A stretch of DNA of 64,000 nucleotides, from the NCBI GenBank assembly GCA_965207455.1, contig CBDBMJ010000001.1, forward strand, positions 416,001 to 480,000. The letters run 5' to 3'. The position numbers were made by a program, and so were the translations under genes. Positions within the stretch are counted from its first letter, which is position 1, and each line of letters starts with the position of its first letter. The notes below the pieces were generated by a model, which saw only the letters and a list, made by a program, of their open reading frames with translations, did not search any database and was not told where the DNA came from. Source of the DNA: Bdellovibrionota bacterium (GTDB lineage Bacteria; Bdellovibrionota; UBA1018; CAIPTA01; JAALKR01). Shown here in pieces: positions 1 through 9,579 of this stretch.

Positions 1-2
1 GC

Positions 3-1199
3 ACTATCACTTTAGGAATTACTCTAAGTAGCTATGGAACATATACTTATTATGCAAAACAGGTAAATGATCTGGGTACTGCCTCTAACTGTTCTAGCTC
101 AAGTGTTATCTATGAATTTATAGAGGCACGAGTTGTAGAACTTTCCATGAGATCACATCATAATTGCATTATTTTAAATGACAGCACTCTGAAATGCTGG
201 GGTCGTAATATTTATGGACAATTAGGTGATGGCACAACTACAAATCAAAAAGAAGCAGTAGCAGTCCCTAATCTAACAAATGTTACTCAACTTTCTTTAG
301 GAATTGATCATACCTGCGCTCTTTTAGATGACAGTACTGTAAAGTGCTGGGGTCGTAATATTTATGGACAATTAGGTGATGGTACAACCTCAACTCGAGC
401 AGAACCAACAGCAGTCTCTAGTCTCACAAATGTTACTCAAATTTCTTCAGGAAATTATCATAATTGCGCTCTTTTAAGTGACGATACTGTGAAATGCTGG
501 GGTCGTAATAATTATGGAGAGTTAGGTAATAGCATAGCTACAAATCAAACATCACCAGTAGATGTCTCTAGTCTCACAGATGTTACTCAAATTTCTTTGG
601 GAGGTTATCATACTTGCGCTCTTTTAAGTGACGCTACTGTGGAATGCTGGGGTTGGAACACTTATGGGCAATTAGGTAATGGGACAACTACAAATCAAAC
701 ATCACCAGTAGATGTCTCTAGTCTCACAGATGTTACTCAAATTGTTTTAGGAGCTCGTCACACCTGTGCTCTTTTAGATGATGCTACTGTGGAATGCTGG
801 GGTTGGAACACTTATGGGCAATTAGGTAATGGGAGTACTGCAAGTCAAACAGAAGCAACAGCGATCGCAGATCTTGCAGATGTTACTCAAATTGCTTTGG
901 GAGGTTATAATACTTGCGCTCTTTTAGATGATAAGACTGCTAAATGTTGGGGAGCAAACTCTTATGGACAATTAGGTTTTAGCAGTGCTGTAAGTTCGAC
1001 TACACCAACAGCAGTCCCTGATCTCACAGATATCGCTCAAATTGCTTTCGGAGATATTCATGCTTGTGCTTATTTAACTAACAGCGCTGTAAAATGCTGG
1101 GGAAGTAATAACAATGGGCAATTAGGAGATGGCACAACTGAAGATAAATCTGCAGCAACACCGGTTATCGGCTTTCCAGGGGTAGCAAGTTTTGATTAA
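3..1199 (+). CDS. RCC1/BLIP-II repeat beta-propeller protein (5' end beyond window)
   Basis: Seven ~50-aa repeats HTCALL.D.TVKCWG.N.YGQLG.G; the frame is open from position 3. Confidence 0.9.
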   Translation, partial: TITLGITLSSYGTYTYYAKQVNDLGTASNCSSSSVIYEFIEARVVELSMRSHHNCIILNDSTLKCWGRNIYGQLGDGTTTNQKEAVAVPNLTNVTQLSLGIDHTCALLDDSTVKCWGRNIYGQLGDGTTSTRAEPTAVSSLTNVTQISSGNYHNCALLSDDTVKCWGRNNYGELGNSIATNQTSPVDVSSLTDVTQISLGGYHTCALLSDATVECWGWNTYGQLGNGTTTNQTSPVDVSSLTDVTQIVLGARHTCALLDDATVECWGWNTYGQLGNGSTASQTEATAIADLADVTQIALGGYNTCALLDDKTAKCWGANSYGQLGFSSAVSSTTPTAVPDLTDIAQIAFGDIHACAYLTNSAVKCWGSNNNGQLGDGTTEDKSAATPVIGFPGVASFD

Positions 1200-1735
1200 T
1201 ACAAGTCTTGATCTGAGGATTCGTTATTTACTTTATCAATCAAATACTCAACAACGTCATCCTTGCCCATAAGTTCCACATTAATAACTTTCTTTAGGCA
1301 ATATCCTCCTCGAGCAGAGCAACCAGGAGTATTGACTGTTTTATTAGAAGTTTTGCAAATTCCTCCCTCTTGCGTTTTATCCATAGATCGTAAAGCGGCA
1401 AGAACAGATTTCTTATTTGCATTGGGAGCATATCCCTGTTGCATCTCTTCTACTAAGGTAGACAAGTGGTTCGTTTCTGAATTCGTTTGATTACTTACTT
1501 CCCATAGAAGGCTATACACATATTTATGGTCTGTTCCTATAGCTGTAATAAAATGATTTTTACTATCCATGGATGCAAGTTTCTCTTTAAACTCTTCCTC
1601 ATTAATTTCTTTCGCAGCATACGCATAATAGAGGGCACATGCGGAATTGTGCTCCCATTTAATAGCTGCTAAAGCAGGATCCTGAGCCATGACCAATGAA
1701 ATGGTCGACATTATTATTACTTTTATTACCTTCAT
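1196..1735 (-). CDS. Hypothetical secreted protein
   Basis: 179-aa ORF with a signal-peptide-like N-terminus and GGAG upstream. Confidence 0.65.
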   Translation of the reverse strand: MKVIKVIIMSTISLVMAQDPALAAIKWEHNSACALYYAYAAKEINEEEFKEKLASMDSKNHFITAIGTDHKYVYSLLWEVSNQTNSETNHLSTLVEEMQQGYAPNANKKSVLAALRSMDKTQEGGICKTSNKTVNTPGCSARGGYCLKKVINVELMGKDDVVEYLIDKVNNESSDQDLY

Positions 1736-1975
1736 CCTTCGCGTTCTCCTTGTATTATAAATTTCCCATTGATGAGATTTTTCAGTCCCAACAATGCAGA
1801 AATTTACTCCAAACAGCGCAATACGTCAATAGAAATATTGCCTCCTGTTTCCTTCGAGTTGACTCATAAAGCTAAAATAGCTTTGAATGCAATACGTTGC
1901 GAGCAATTAATTCATAATATACTCATAGTATACCCTCAAGAAACACACGAGCAGAAGTAGTGTACTGAAAAACTA

Positions 1976-2635
1976 CTATATGATTTCATTCATTGTAATG
2001 TTAAACGTTCCCACCTTTATGGCACTATTAGCATTTTTTTGGAAATCTACGATCACGATCTCTCTTTCCGCTGCCGTTAGATCTTGGAGAATTCTGTCAC
2101 CTTTGTTGAGAGCATCCCCCTTAAAGTACACTTGGGTTGTTAGCTCTCTAAAACCTCTGAGATGGGATTTTAGGTGGATATGGGGCGGTCGTACCCATGT
2201 AGGTGTGGCCCTATACTCTCCAGGTATAATTGTTTTAAAGCTATACTCACCTTTCTCATTGCTAGTGGCTCGACCCCAATATTGAAAGTTAGGATCAAGT
2301 GCTGCCGTGTTAGGATCACGTGGATGTTTGTATCTCCCTGTTGCACAGGCCTGCCATATTTCCACTAAAGCACCGTTAACCGGCTTGCAGTTTTCATCCT
2401 GTACAATACCTTTAAGAATAACCACTTCTCCTAAAGCTTTTTCTGTTGAGCCTTGGATATTTGTCAAATCTCTATCTTTATCTTCTTGATCTACTGCGGG
2501 ATAAAATGGTCCCGAAGTTTGTTGAGGTGTTAAAAAACAGCTCTCTGCTTTACTGATACCACTTGTAATAGCAAGTATGGAACCTGCCGACAAGGCTGTC
2601 TTTTTTATATAATTTCTTCTACTTAGTTTGTTCAT
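1976..2635 (-). CDS. Intradiol ring-cleavage dioxygenase (protocatechuate 3,4-dioxygenase-like), Tat signal
   Basis: SRRNY twin-arginine signal; GPFYP, VEIWQAC, PGEY and RPPHIH motifs. Start moved to MNKLSRR because of an AGGAGG RBS. Confidence 0.88.
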   Translation of the reverse strand: MNKLSRRNYIKKTALSAGSILAITSGISKAESCFLTPQQTSGPFYPAVDQEDKDRDLTNIQGSTEKALGEVVILKGIVQDENCKPVNGALVEIWQACATGRYKHPRDPNTAALDPNFQYWGRATSNEKGEYSFKTIIPGEYRATPTWVRPPHIHLKSHLRGFRELTTQVYFKGDALNKGDRILQDLTAAEREIVIVDFQKNANSAIKVGTFNITMNEII

Positions 2636-2775
2636 AATTCCTCCTATTTTTTTGACGCATGAAATATTCAAATACCCATACGTCAGGTTAAGTTTTTTTG
2701 CTCTCAAGGATACTTTCGGACATATCTGGAAATAAATATAATGATATTTTTCATTCTTTGTGATAAAAAAAATTT

Positions 2776-3609
2776 ATGTCAATGAGTTTGGACGATATAA
2801 AGAACTTTGTTGCGGTGAGTGAGAATTTAAATATCACAAGAGCCTCTGAGTTTCTGGGAGTCTCACAACCCACACTGAGCTATTCCATGAAAAGGTTGGA
2901 GAGTGAGTTTAATGAAAAACTTATTATACGGTTAAAAAACGGTATTCAATTAACGAAACTAGGTGAAGAGTTTTATGGGCGAGCAAAAAGATTAATCCTT
3001 TACTGGGAGGATTCTAGAAAAATATTTTCAGTGGAAGATCGCCATAGCTTTGCTGAGTTTTCCATAGGCATCCATCCATCGGTGGCAATATATAGCTTAG
3101 ATAAATTTTTGCCGGAAGTTTACCGTAAGTATCCTCGCTTGAGTTTTAATCTGCTTCATGGTTTGTCGCGAGAAATGTCGAAAAAAGTGATCAACTGGGA
3201 GGTGGATTTTGCCATTGCCATAAACCCCATCGAACACCTAGATATTGTTATTAAAGAGATTGGAAAAGATGAAGTTACATTATTTTCAACGAGTAGAAGC
3301 CTAAAGAAAATTATTTATGATCCACGACTGGCACAGTCGGTTTTTATTATGAAAAAAATAAAAAAATTAAATCTGCATACAAGAGAATATATCCATTCCA
3401 GTAATTTAGAAGTAATCGCAAAGCTCTGCTCTTCTGGATTAGGGTACGGTCTCCTGCCCACAAGAGTTGCCAACAATTATAAGAATTTAAAAAAGTTGGC
3501 GGGCGCACCAAAGTTTATAGATAGAATTTGCTTGATCTACAGAAAAGAGCGTCATGGAAATTCTATCAGTCAAAATATTTTAAAAATAATTAAAGAATCT
3601 ATCTTATAG
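2776..3609 (+). CDS. LysR-family transcriptional regulator
   Basis: NITRASEFLGVSQPTLSYSMKRLE helix-turn-helix; divergent from the dioxygenase. Confidence 0.92.
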   Translation: MSMSLDDIKNFVAVSENLNITRASEFLGVSQPTLSYSMKRLESEFNEKLIIRLKNGIQLTKLGEEFYGRAKRLILYWEDSRKIFSVEDRHSFAEFSIGIHPSVAIYSLDKFLPEVYRKYPRLSFNLLHGLSREMSKKVINWEVDFAIAINPIEHLDIVIKEIGKDEVTLFSTSRSLKKIIYDPRLAQSVFIMKKIKKLNLHTREYIHSSNLEVIAKLCSSGLGYGLLPTRVANNYKNLKKLAGAPKFIDRICLIYRKERHGNSISQNILKIIKESIL

Positions 3610-3800
3610 ATTGTCACGTTTCAGCAAATGATTAAAAAACTGCTGCAAAGCATTTTCATACAACGGTTGACGGTGCGCGCGTTAAGAAAAAATTGTTTTA
3701 TTCTTGACGTTTTGTTCTTTATTCTCTAGTCTATATTACTAATATAGAAATATAGAAACACACGAAACTAAACTAAACATAACAATAGAGGAGAAGAAAG

Positions 3801-4478
3801 ATGAAAAACAAAAAAAAATATACTGGTATTACTCTAGCGCTTTCCCTAGCCCTGGGGTTTCTGTTAACAACAACTGCTGAGGCTCGTCGGCTCACTCTAA
3901 CAGTGGATCGTAGATATAGTTCGGGTAATGTCATTGAACTGAAAAGAATGGCCAATCGACAATATAACAGGAGTGTTTTGCGAGGCAGAAAATTAATTGC
4001 CATAGAGGTCAAAGGAAATAGCACTCGAAGTACGAGAGCAAGACTGTCCTTAGTAGTAGACGGTGATCAGGAGAGTAGTGAACGCTTGAGGAGATCTCGT
4101 GAGAGAATTATTATGAGAAATCATGGACGCTCTAATGGTTCTTGGGAACTGGAAATAGATCGAGCACCTGCATACATAGAGGAAATCGTTCTTATTGTCG
4201 GAAATAGGAATGGAAATGGAAATGGAAACAGAGATCCTCGTTGTGGGCGTGCGTGTCAGCGAGCCTGTGATCTACACACATCCACATATCGTTTAGAGCG
4301 GCTTTGCAAAGAAATAGGTTCCAGACCTAAGGTTACTAAAGGTTGTAAACGCTTCACGAGTACCCCTTCGTTAGAGGGAGTTTGCTTATCCAGGAGAGTA
4401 AATCCTGGCCATGCGAAAAGATGCTATCGAAACACTCGTACTCAACGAGCAGAGCGAAGGTGCTTAGAAAGATTTTAA
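3801..4478 (+). CDS. Secreted protein with one Cys-rich C-terminal module
   Basis: Signal peptide ending TAEA; GN-repeat linker; paralog of the next gene. Confidence 0.8.
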   Translation: MKNKKKYTGITLALSLALGFLLTTTAEARRLTLTVDRRYSSGNVIELKRMANRQYNRSVLRGRKLIAIEVKGNSTRSTRARLSLVVDGDQESSERLRRSRERIIMRNHGRSNGSWELEIDRAPAYIEEIVLIVGNRNGNGNGNRDPRCGRACQRACDLHTSTYRLERLCKEIGSRPKVTKGCKRFTSTPSLEGVCLSRRVNPGHAKRCYRNTRTQRAERRCLERF

Positions 4479-4731
4479 CTAACACCTAAAAACTGTCAAA
4501 AATAAGCCTGTCTGTTTATTGTTTTTTTTTCTAACAATATGCGTACAGGCTTTTTCTATTTATAAACATTCCTAATCTTCGTCGAAAATTCACTGCGAAG
4601 CATTATTTATTGACGGCACGCGCGTCAAGAAAGCATTTTTTTTATTATTGATGTTTTGTTTTTTATTCCCTAGTCTGTATATAGAAACACACAAAACGTA
4701 ACTAAGCTTAATATATAGGAGGAGAAGAAAG

Positions 4732-5787
4732 GTGAAAAAACAATATACTGGTATTACTCTAGCGCTTTCCCTAGCCCTAGGTTTGCTGTTAACAACAACT
4801 GCTGAAGCTCGTTGGCTTACTCTAAAAGTGGATCGTAAATATAGTGCGGGTAGTTTCATTGGATTGAAAAAAATGGCCAAACGACAATATGAGAAAAATA
4901 TTTTGCGTGGCAAAAGTTTAATCGCCATAGAGGTCAAAGGAAATAGCACTCAAAGTACGAAATCGGAGTTGTCCTTAGTAGTAAACGATGATGAGCAGAG
5001 TAGTGATCGCTTGAAGACTTCTCTTGAGAGAATTATTCTGAAAAATAATGAAAGCTCAAGTGGTTCCTGGGAACTGGGAATAGACCGTGGACCTGCATAC
5101 ATAGAAGAAATTGTTCTTATTGTCGGAAAGAAAAATAAGCAAGGTGAATGCGGAAGAGCGTGCCAGCGATCATGTGATACATACACATCAAGTGATAGTT
5201 TGGAGAGTTTTTGCAATTATATAGGATCCGATCCTACTACTACTCGCAATTGTTACATACATACCAACACCCATCGTTTACAAAGAGCTTGTTTGTCTGG
5301 GCAACCACTGCGCGATAGTATTACTGGTTGTGATCTGTTTACCAGTAACGATGAGTTACAGGAAATTTGCTTAGAAGAGGGAGTAACCCGGGATTATGCA
5401 AGGAAATGTTATTTCCACAGCGATGATGAGCGCGGGTGCTTAGAAGACTTCAATAAAAGTGAGGATGAGATCTGCGGACCTGCCTGCAAACGAGCCTGTG
5501 ATACATATACGTCCAGTGATGATTTAGAGCGGTTCTGTAGAAAAATAGTTTCCGATCCTACTACTACTCGCAATTGTTACATACATACCAGCGGCGATAG
5601 TTTACAGAGATCTTGTTTGCTTGGGCAACCACCACGCGATAGTATTACTGGTTGTGATATATTTACCAGTAACGATGAATTACAGGGAATTTGCTTGGAA
5701 AAGGCAGTACCTCGCGATTATGCAAGGAACTGCTATTTCCGCAGCGATAATGAGCGTAAGTGCTTAGAAAACTTCACAAAGCCGTAG
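4732..5787 (+). CDS. Secreted protein with two tandem Cys-rich modules
   Basis: Near-identical signal peptide and N-domain to 3801..4478; module CG.AC.R.CDTYTSSD...RNCYIHT...GCD.FTSNDELQ.ICLE occurs twice. Confidence 0.8.
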   Translation: MKKQYTGITLALSLALGLLLTTTAEARWLTLKVDRKYSAGSFIGLKKMAKRQYEKNILRGKSLIAIEVKGNSTQSTKSELSLVVNDDEQSSDRLKTSLERIILKNNESSSGSWELGIDRGPAYIEEIVLIVGKKNKQGECGRACQRSCDTYTSSDSLESFCNYIGSDPTTTRNCYIHTNTHRLQRACLSGQPLRDSITGCDLFTSNDELQEICLEEGVTRDYARKCYFHSDDERGCLEDFNKSEDEICGPACKRACDTYTSSDDLERFCRKIVSDPTTTRNCYIHTSGDSLQRSCLLGQPPRDSITGCDIFTSNDELQGICLEKAVPRDYARNCYFRSDNERKCLENFTKP

Positions 5788-5846
5788 AAATGCCGTAAAA
5801 ATGCCGTAGGGGGTCCGTGTGTTTGTATGGTATAAGTTCTTTTCAT

Positions 5847-7139
5847 ATGGAATATTTAGATCAAACACCGGGCACTGGCTTTCGCTCCTATGTGGCTCAA
5901 CAGATTTTTGCCAAGGAACAGGAGATAGAGAGTTGGTTTGAAAAAAAAGAAGACTGTTGTCCCGTGCCTCCCTATACCAGCATTGACCTTCGGGATTCAG
6001 GGTTTAAGTCTGTTCCTGTGGACTCCAACACCTTTCCAGCAGGCTTTAATAATATATGTATAGAGGACTGGAAGGTGGCTGCCCAAGGGTTTCAAAAAAC
6101 CTTAAAGGCTAAGAACAAGCAATCACCTCAAAAAATCCTACTAATTGCAGAAAGCTATACCTCCAACCCCTTTTACTTTGAAAACCTAAGGGTATTAAGA
6201 GAAATGCTCCAGTTGGCAGGCTTTCCCACTACGATTGGTCACTGCAATTCACAGTTGGAGGGTGATGGGAAAATCTCTGAAATGGAAACCAGTTCTAAGC
6301 AAAAAATTATTCTCGAAAGAGTGGAGCGTAGGGGGCAAGAAATTTTTACTGCTCAAGCAAATTTTTCCTCGGACAAAGATTTAATTCTCTTAAATAATGA
6401 TTTGAGTGGAGGGCTTCCTGAGGAACTGGAGGGTCTTGATTATAAAATTAGTCCCAATCCGTCGATGGGTTGGTTCCAGCGCAAGAAAAGCACTCACCTT
6501 ACTTATTATAATAGGCTTGCTAGGGAGTTGGCTCAGATACTTCAAATCGATCCCTTTCTTATAACAGCACGGTTTTCCCAAGTAAGTGGTATGGATTTTC
6601 AAGAAAGCACGGGGTTGGATACTTTGGCCAAAGCGGTGGACAAGCTCGTGGAGGAAATTCGTTTGGATTATAAGGAGCAGGACATACAGGTGGAGCCCTT
6701 TGTCTTTATTAAGGACAATTCAGGAACCCATGGTCGGTCCATTATGGTGGTAAAAAGTGGGTCGGATATTTTACAAATGAACCGACGAACGAAAACCAAA
6801 ATGAATACGGGTAAGGGCGGCGTACAGGTGAACAACGTACTACTTATGGAGGGCATTCCCACCGACGTGCTAGAAGAAGGCGAAAGTGCAGAACCGGTAA
6901 TTTACCTTGCTGGTAGTCGACCCATAGGAGGCTTTCTCCGTATTCATCCCAAACGAAGTCAGGGGGAGAACCTTAACGCCCCGGGAGCATACTTTAAAAC
7001 CCTATGTTTTGCGAACCTATTAAAAGATCCCAGCCCCCAAACAATTGTGTTGGAGAAGTTTTATGGTATGTTAGGGAGACTATCCACAATAGCTAACGGG
7101 CAGGAAATGAATGAAGAAAATCTCGAATACAGTTGTTGA
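5847..7139 (+). CDS. gshA: Glutamate-cysteine ligase (ATP-grasp GshA type)
   Basis: PPYTSIDLRDSGFKSVPVDSNTFPAGFNN, LLNNDLS and ENLNAPG motifs. Confidence 0.85.
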   Translation: MEYLDQTPGTGFRSYVAQQIFAKEQEIESWFEKKEDCCPVPPYTSIDLRDSGFKSVPVDSNTFPAGFNNICIEDWKVAAQGFQKTLKAKNKQSPQKILLIAESYTSNPFYFENLRVLREMLQLAGFPTTIGHCNSQLEGDGKISEMETSSKQKIILERVERRGQEIFTAQANFSSDKDLILLNNDLSGGLPEELEGLDYKISPNPSMGWFQRKKSTHLTYYNRLARELAQILQIDPFLITARFSQVSGMDFQESTGLDTLAKAVDKLVEEIRLDYKEQDIQVEPFVFIKDNSGTHGRSIMVVKSGSDILQMNRRTKTKMNTGKGGVQVNNVLLMEGIPTDVLEEGESAEPVIYLAGSRPIGGFLRIHPKRSQGENLNAPGAYFKTLCFANLLKDPSPQTIVLEKFYGMLGRLSTIANGQEMNEENLEYSC

Positions 7140-8106
7140 CGCCATTGGAAACACTCCCATTGTGCGCCTCCATTCCGTATCTAGTGGTTTGGAACCCACA
7201 ATTTATGTAAAGCTGGAGGCTTGTAATCCTGGGGGATCCATTAAAGATCGCATAGCGCCCTTTCTCATTGGCGACGCAGAGAAGGAGGGCACTCTCAAGC
7301 CTGGAGGCACTATCGTGGAAGCCACCAGTGGAAACACAGCCATTGGTCTTGCCATGGCAGCCATTAGTGCCAGAAAAGGATACAAGGTAGTGGCTGTAAT
7401 GAGCGACAAGCAATCCATAGACAAAGTAAATACCCTCCATGCCTTAGGGGTGAAAACAGTGGTTACTCCTTCCTCCGTTCCGCCCGACCATCCCGAGTCC
7501 TATTATTCAGTGGCAGAAAGAATTGTGAAGGAAACACCCAACGCTATTCTCACCAACCAGTACCATAACGGGGCCAACCCTCGTGCTCATTATGAAACCA
7601 CGGGTCCAGAAATTTGGGAGCAAATGGAGGGGAATATCCAATACTTTGTGGCAGGTCTGGGTACGGGAGGCACTATTTCGGGAGTGTCGCATTTTTTAAA
7701 AGAAAAAAATAAAAGTATTCAAACCATTGGTGTGGATCCTAAGGGGTCGATCTTGCGACAGTACCATGAAACAAAAACCGTCGGCGAGGCGGGATCCTAT
7801 CTTATAGAAGGCATCGGCGAGGATATTATTCCTAAAAATGTGCACTTTGATTATATCGATACAATGGTTACTGTGGACGATCAGGAATCCATAACTTACT
7901 TACACCGACTAGCCAAGGAGGAGGGGATTTTTGGTGGATCGAGTAGTGGTGCTGCTATTGCTGGAGCTGTGAAAATAGCCCGAACGCTTCCCAAGGGAAA
8001 TATGTTAGTTATTCTTCCCGACGGAGGAGGTAAGTATTTAAGTAAGTTCTACAACTCGAAGTGGTTGCGAGACAATGGGTTGGATCCAAAAGATGGCAAG
8101 CCCTAA
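7111..8106 (+). CDS. Cystathionine beta-synthase / cysteine synthase family PLP enzyme
   Basis: NPGGSIKDRIA, EATSGNT and GTGGTISG motifs. Confidence 0.9.
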   Translation: MKKISNTVVDAIGNTPIVRLHSVSSGLEPTIYVKLEACNPGGSIKDRIAPFLIGDAEKEGTLKPGGTIVEATSGNTAIGLAMAAISARKGYKVVAVMSDKQSIDKVNTLHALGVKTVVTPSSVPPDHPESYYSVAERIVKETPNAILTNQYHNGANPRAHYETTGPEIWEQMEGNIQYFVAGLGTGGTISGVSHFLKEKNKSIQTIGVDPKGSILRQYHETKTVGEAGSYLIEGIGEDIIPKNVHFDYIDTMVTVDDQESITYLHRLAKEEGIFGGSSSGAAIAGAVKIARTLPKGNMLVILPDGGGKYLSKFYNSKWLRDNGLDPKDGKP

Positions 8107-9259
8107 AGGTTCTTCATTTGAAACCCTTGCCGTTCATGCTGGTCAAGAGCCGGATCCACACACGGGTGCTATTATAACTCCCATCTTTCAAACCTCCACT
8201 TTTGTGCAGGAAAAAGCGGGAAAAGACAAAGGTTACGACTATTCTCGTGCAAAAAATCCCACCCGGTCTGCCTATGAAAATTGCGTGGCAGCGCTGGAGG
8301 CAGGAAAAGAAAATACAGCCTTTGGTGCTGCTTTTGCTTCGGGCTGTGCTGCTACGGCAACCCTAATCCACTTGCTCCAACCTGGGGATCATGTACTTTG
8401 TATCGACGATCTTTATGGCGGCACTTATCGGCTTTTTCATGACGTTTTACAAAAGCAGGGAATAGAATTTTCTTTTGTGGATCTTGTGGACGAGACTCAA
8501 TTGGAAAAAGAATTTCGCGACAACACAAAAATGGTATGGATAGAAACCCCCACAAACCCTCTCTTAAAAATTGTAGATATTGAAAAGGTGGCCCGTTTTG
8601 CAAAAAGCAGAAACGCGCTTTTGGTGGTGGACAATACGTTTATGAGTCCCTACTTTCAAAAACCCATGGACCTAGGGGCAGATATTGTATTCCACTCGGC
8701 CACAAAATACCTCAACGGTCATTCAGACATAGTGGGCGGAGTGGTGGTGACCCCCAACGCCCAGCTCGCAGAAAAAATTTATTACCTCCAAAAGTGCATA
8801 GGAGCTGTGGCAGGCCCCTTTGATGCTTGGCTAGCCATGCGTGGTATCAAGACCCTTGCCATCAGAATGGACCGCCATGAATCCAACGCCAATGCCATAG
8901 TGAAACTACTGGTAGGCCACAAAAACGTGGAGAAAGTCTATTACCCGGGTCTTCCCGATCACCCTGGCCACAATATTGCCAAAAAGCAAATGACGGGCTT
9001 TGGAGGTATGATTAGCTTTACCCTTAAAGGAGGCTTGGAAAAGGCTCGCACGGTGGTGGAAAGTACCCAAATCTTTGCCTTGGCAGAAAGCCTTGGGGGA
9101 GTGGAGAGCTTAATTGAGCACCCTGGTATTATGACCCACGCAAGTGTTCCCCAAGAGATTCGTGCCAAACTGGGGATTGAGGACAGCCTTGTACGCCTTT
9201 CTGTGGGCATTGAGGCCGAAAAAGATCTTCTTCAGGACTTGGAGCGGGTATTGGATTAA
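8093..9259 (+). CDS. Cystathionine gamma-lyase/synthase
   Basis: YDYSRAKNPT, IETPTNP, HSATKYLNGHSD and LAESLGGVESL motifs. Confidence 0.92.
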   Translation: MASPKGSSFETLAVHAGQEPDPHTGAIITPIFQTSTFVQEKAGKDKGYDYSRAKNPTRSAYENCVAALEAGKENTAFGAAFASGCAATATLIHLLQPGDHVLCIDDLYGGTYRLFHDVLQKQGIEFSFVDLVDETQLEKEFRDNTKMVWIETPTNPLLKIVDIEKVARFAKSRNALLVVDNTFMSPYFQKPMDLGADIVFHSATKYLNGHSDIVGGVVVTPNAQLAEKIYYLQKCIGAVAGPFDAWLAMRGIKTLAIRMDRHESNANAIVKLLVGHKNVEKVYYPGLPDHPGHNIAKKQMTGFGGMISFTLKGGLEKARTVVESTQIFALAESLGGVESLIEHPGIMTHASVPQEIRAKLGIEDSLVRLSVGIEAEKDLLQDLERVLD

Positions 9260-9327
9260 ATTTCTATTGCAAAAATAGGTATATGGTAATATAGTTTTCT
9301 CGGTTTAAAAAAATAGGAGATAAAGTT

Positions 9328-9507
9328 ATGGCAAAAAAAAGTGCTCGTGTAATTATTACGCTAGAATGTACGGAAGCTCGAAAAGAAGGCAAATCTCCCT
9401 CTCGCTATTCCACAACAAAAAATAAGCAAGCTACCCCTCAGCGGTTAGAAAAAAAGAAGTATAATCCTGCTTTACGAAAACATACACTCCATCGAGAAAT
9501 AAAATAA
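9328..9507 (+). CDS. rpmG: 50S ribosomal protein L33 (absent from ORF track)
   Basis: Hand translation [67 protein letters not shown]. Confidence 0.95.
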   Translation: MAKKSARVIITLECTEARKEGKSPSRYSTTKNKQATPQRLEKKKYNPALRKHTLHREIK

Positions 9508-9579
9508 TTTTCTCCTATTCCGCTCCAAGAACTCCTATAATTTAATAATATAAACAAATAAAGTTTGGATAATGGAAGC

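Noticed and set aside
147..1199. RCC1 nucleotide repeats as a DGR or CRISPR-like array
   Set aside because: They are in-frame protein repeats; there is no reverse transcriptase or adenine-specific variation.
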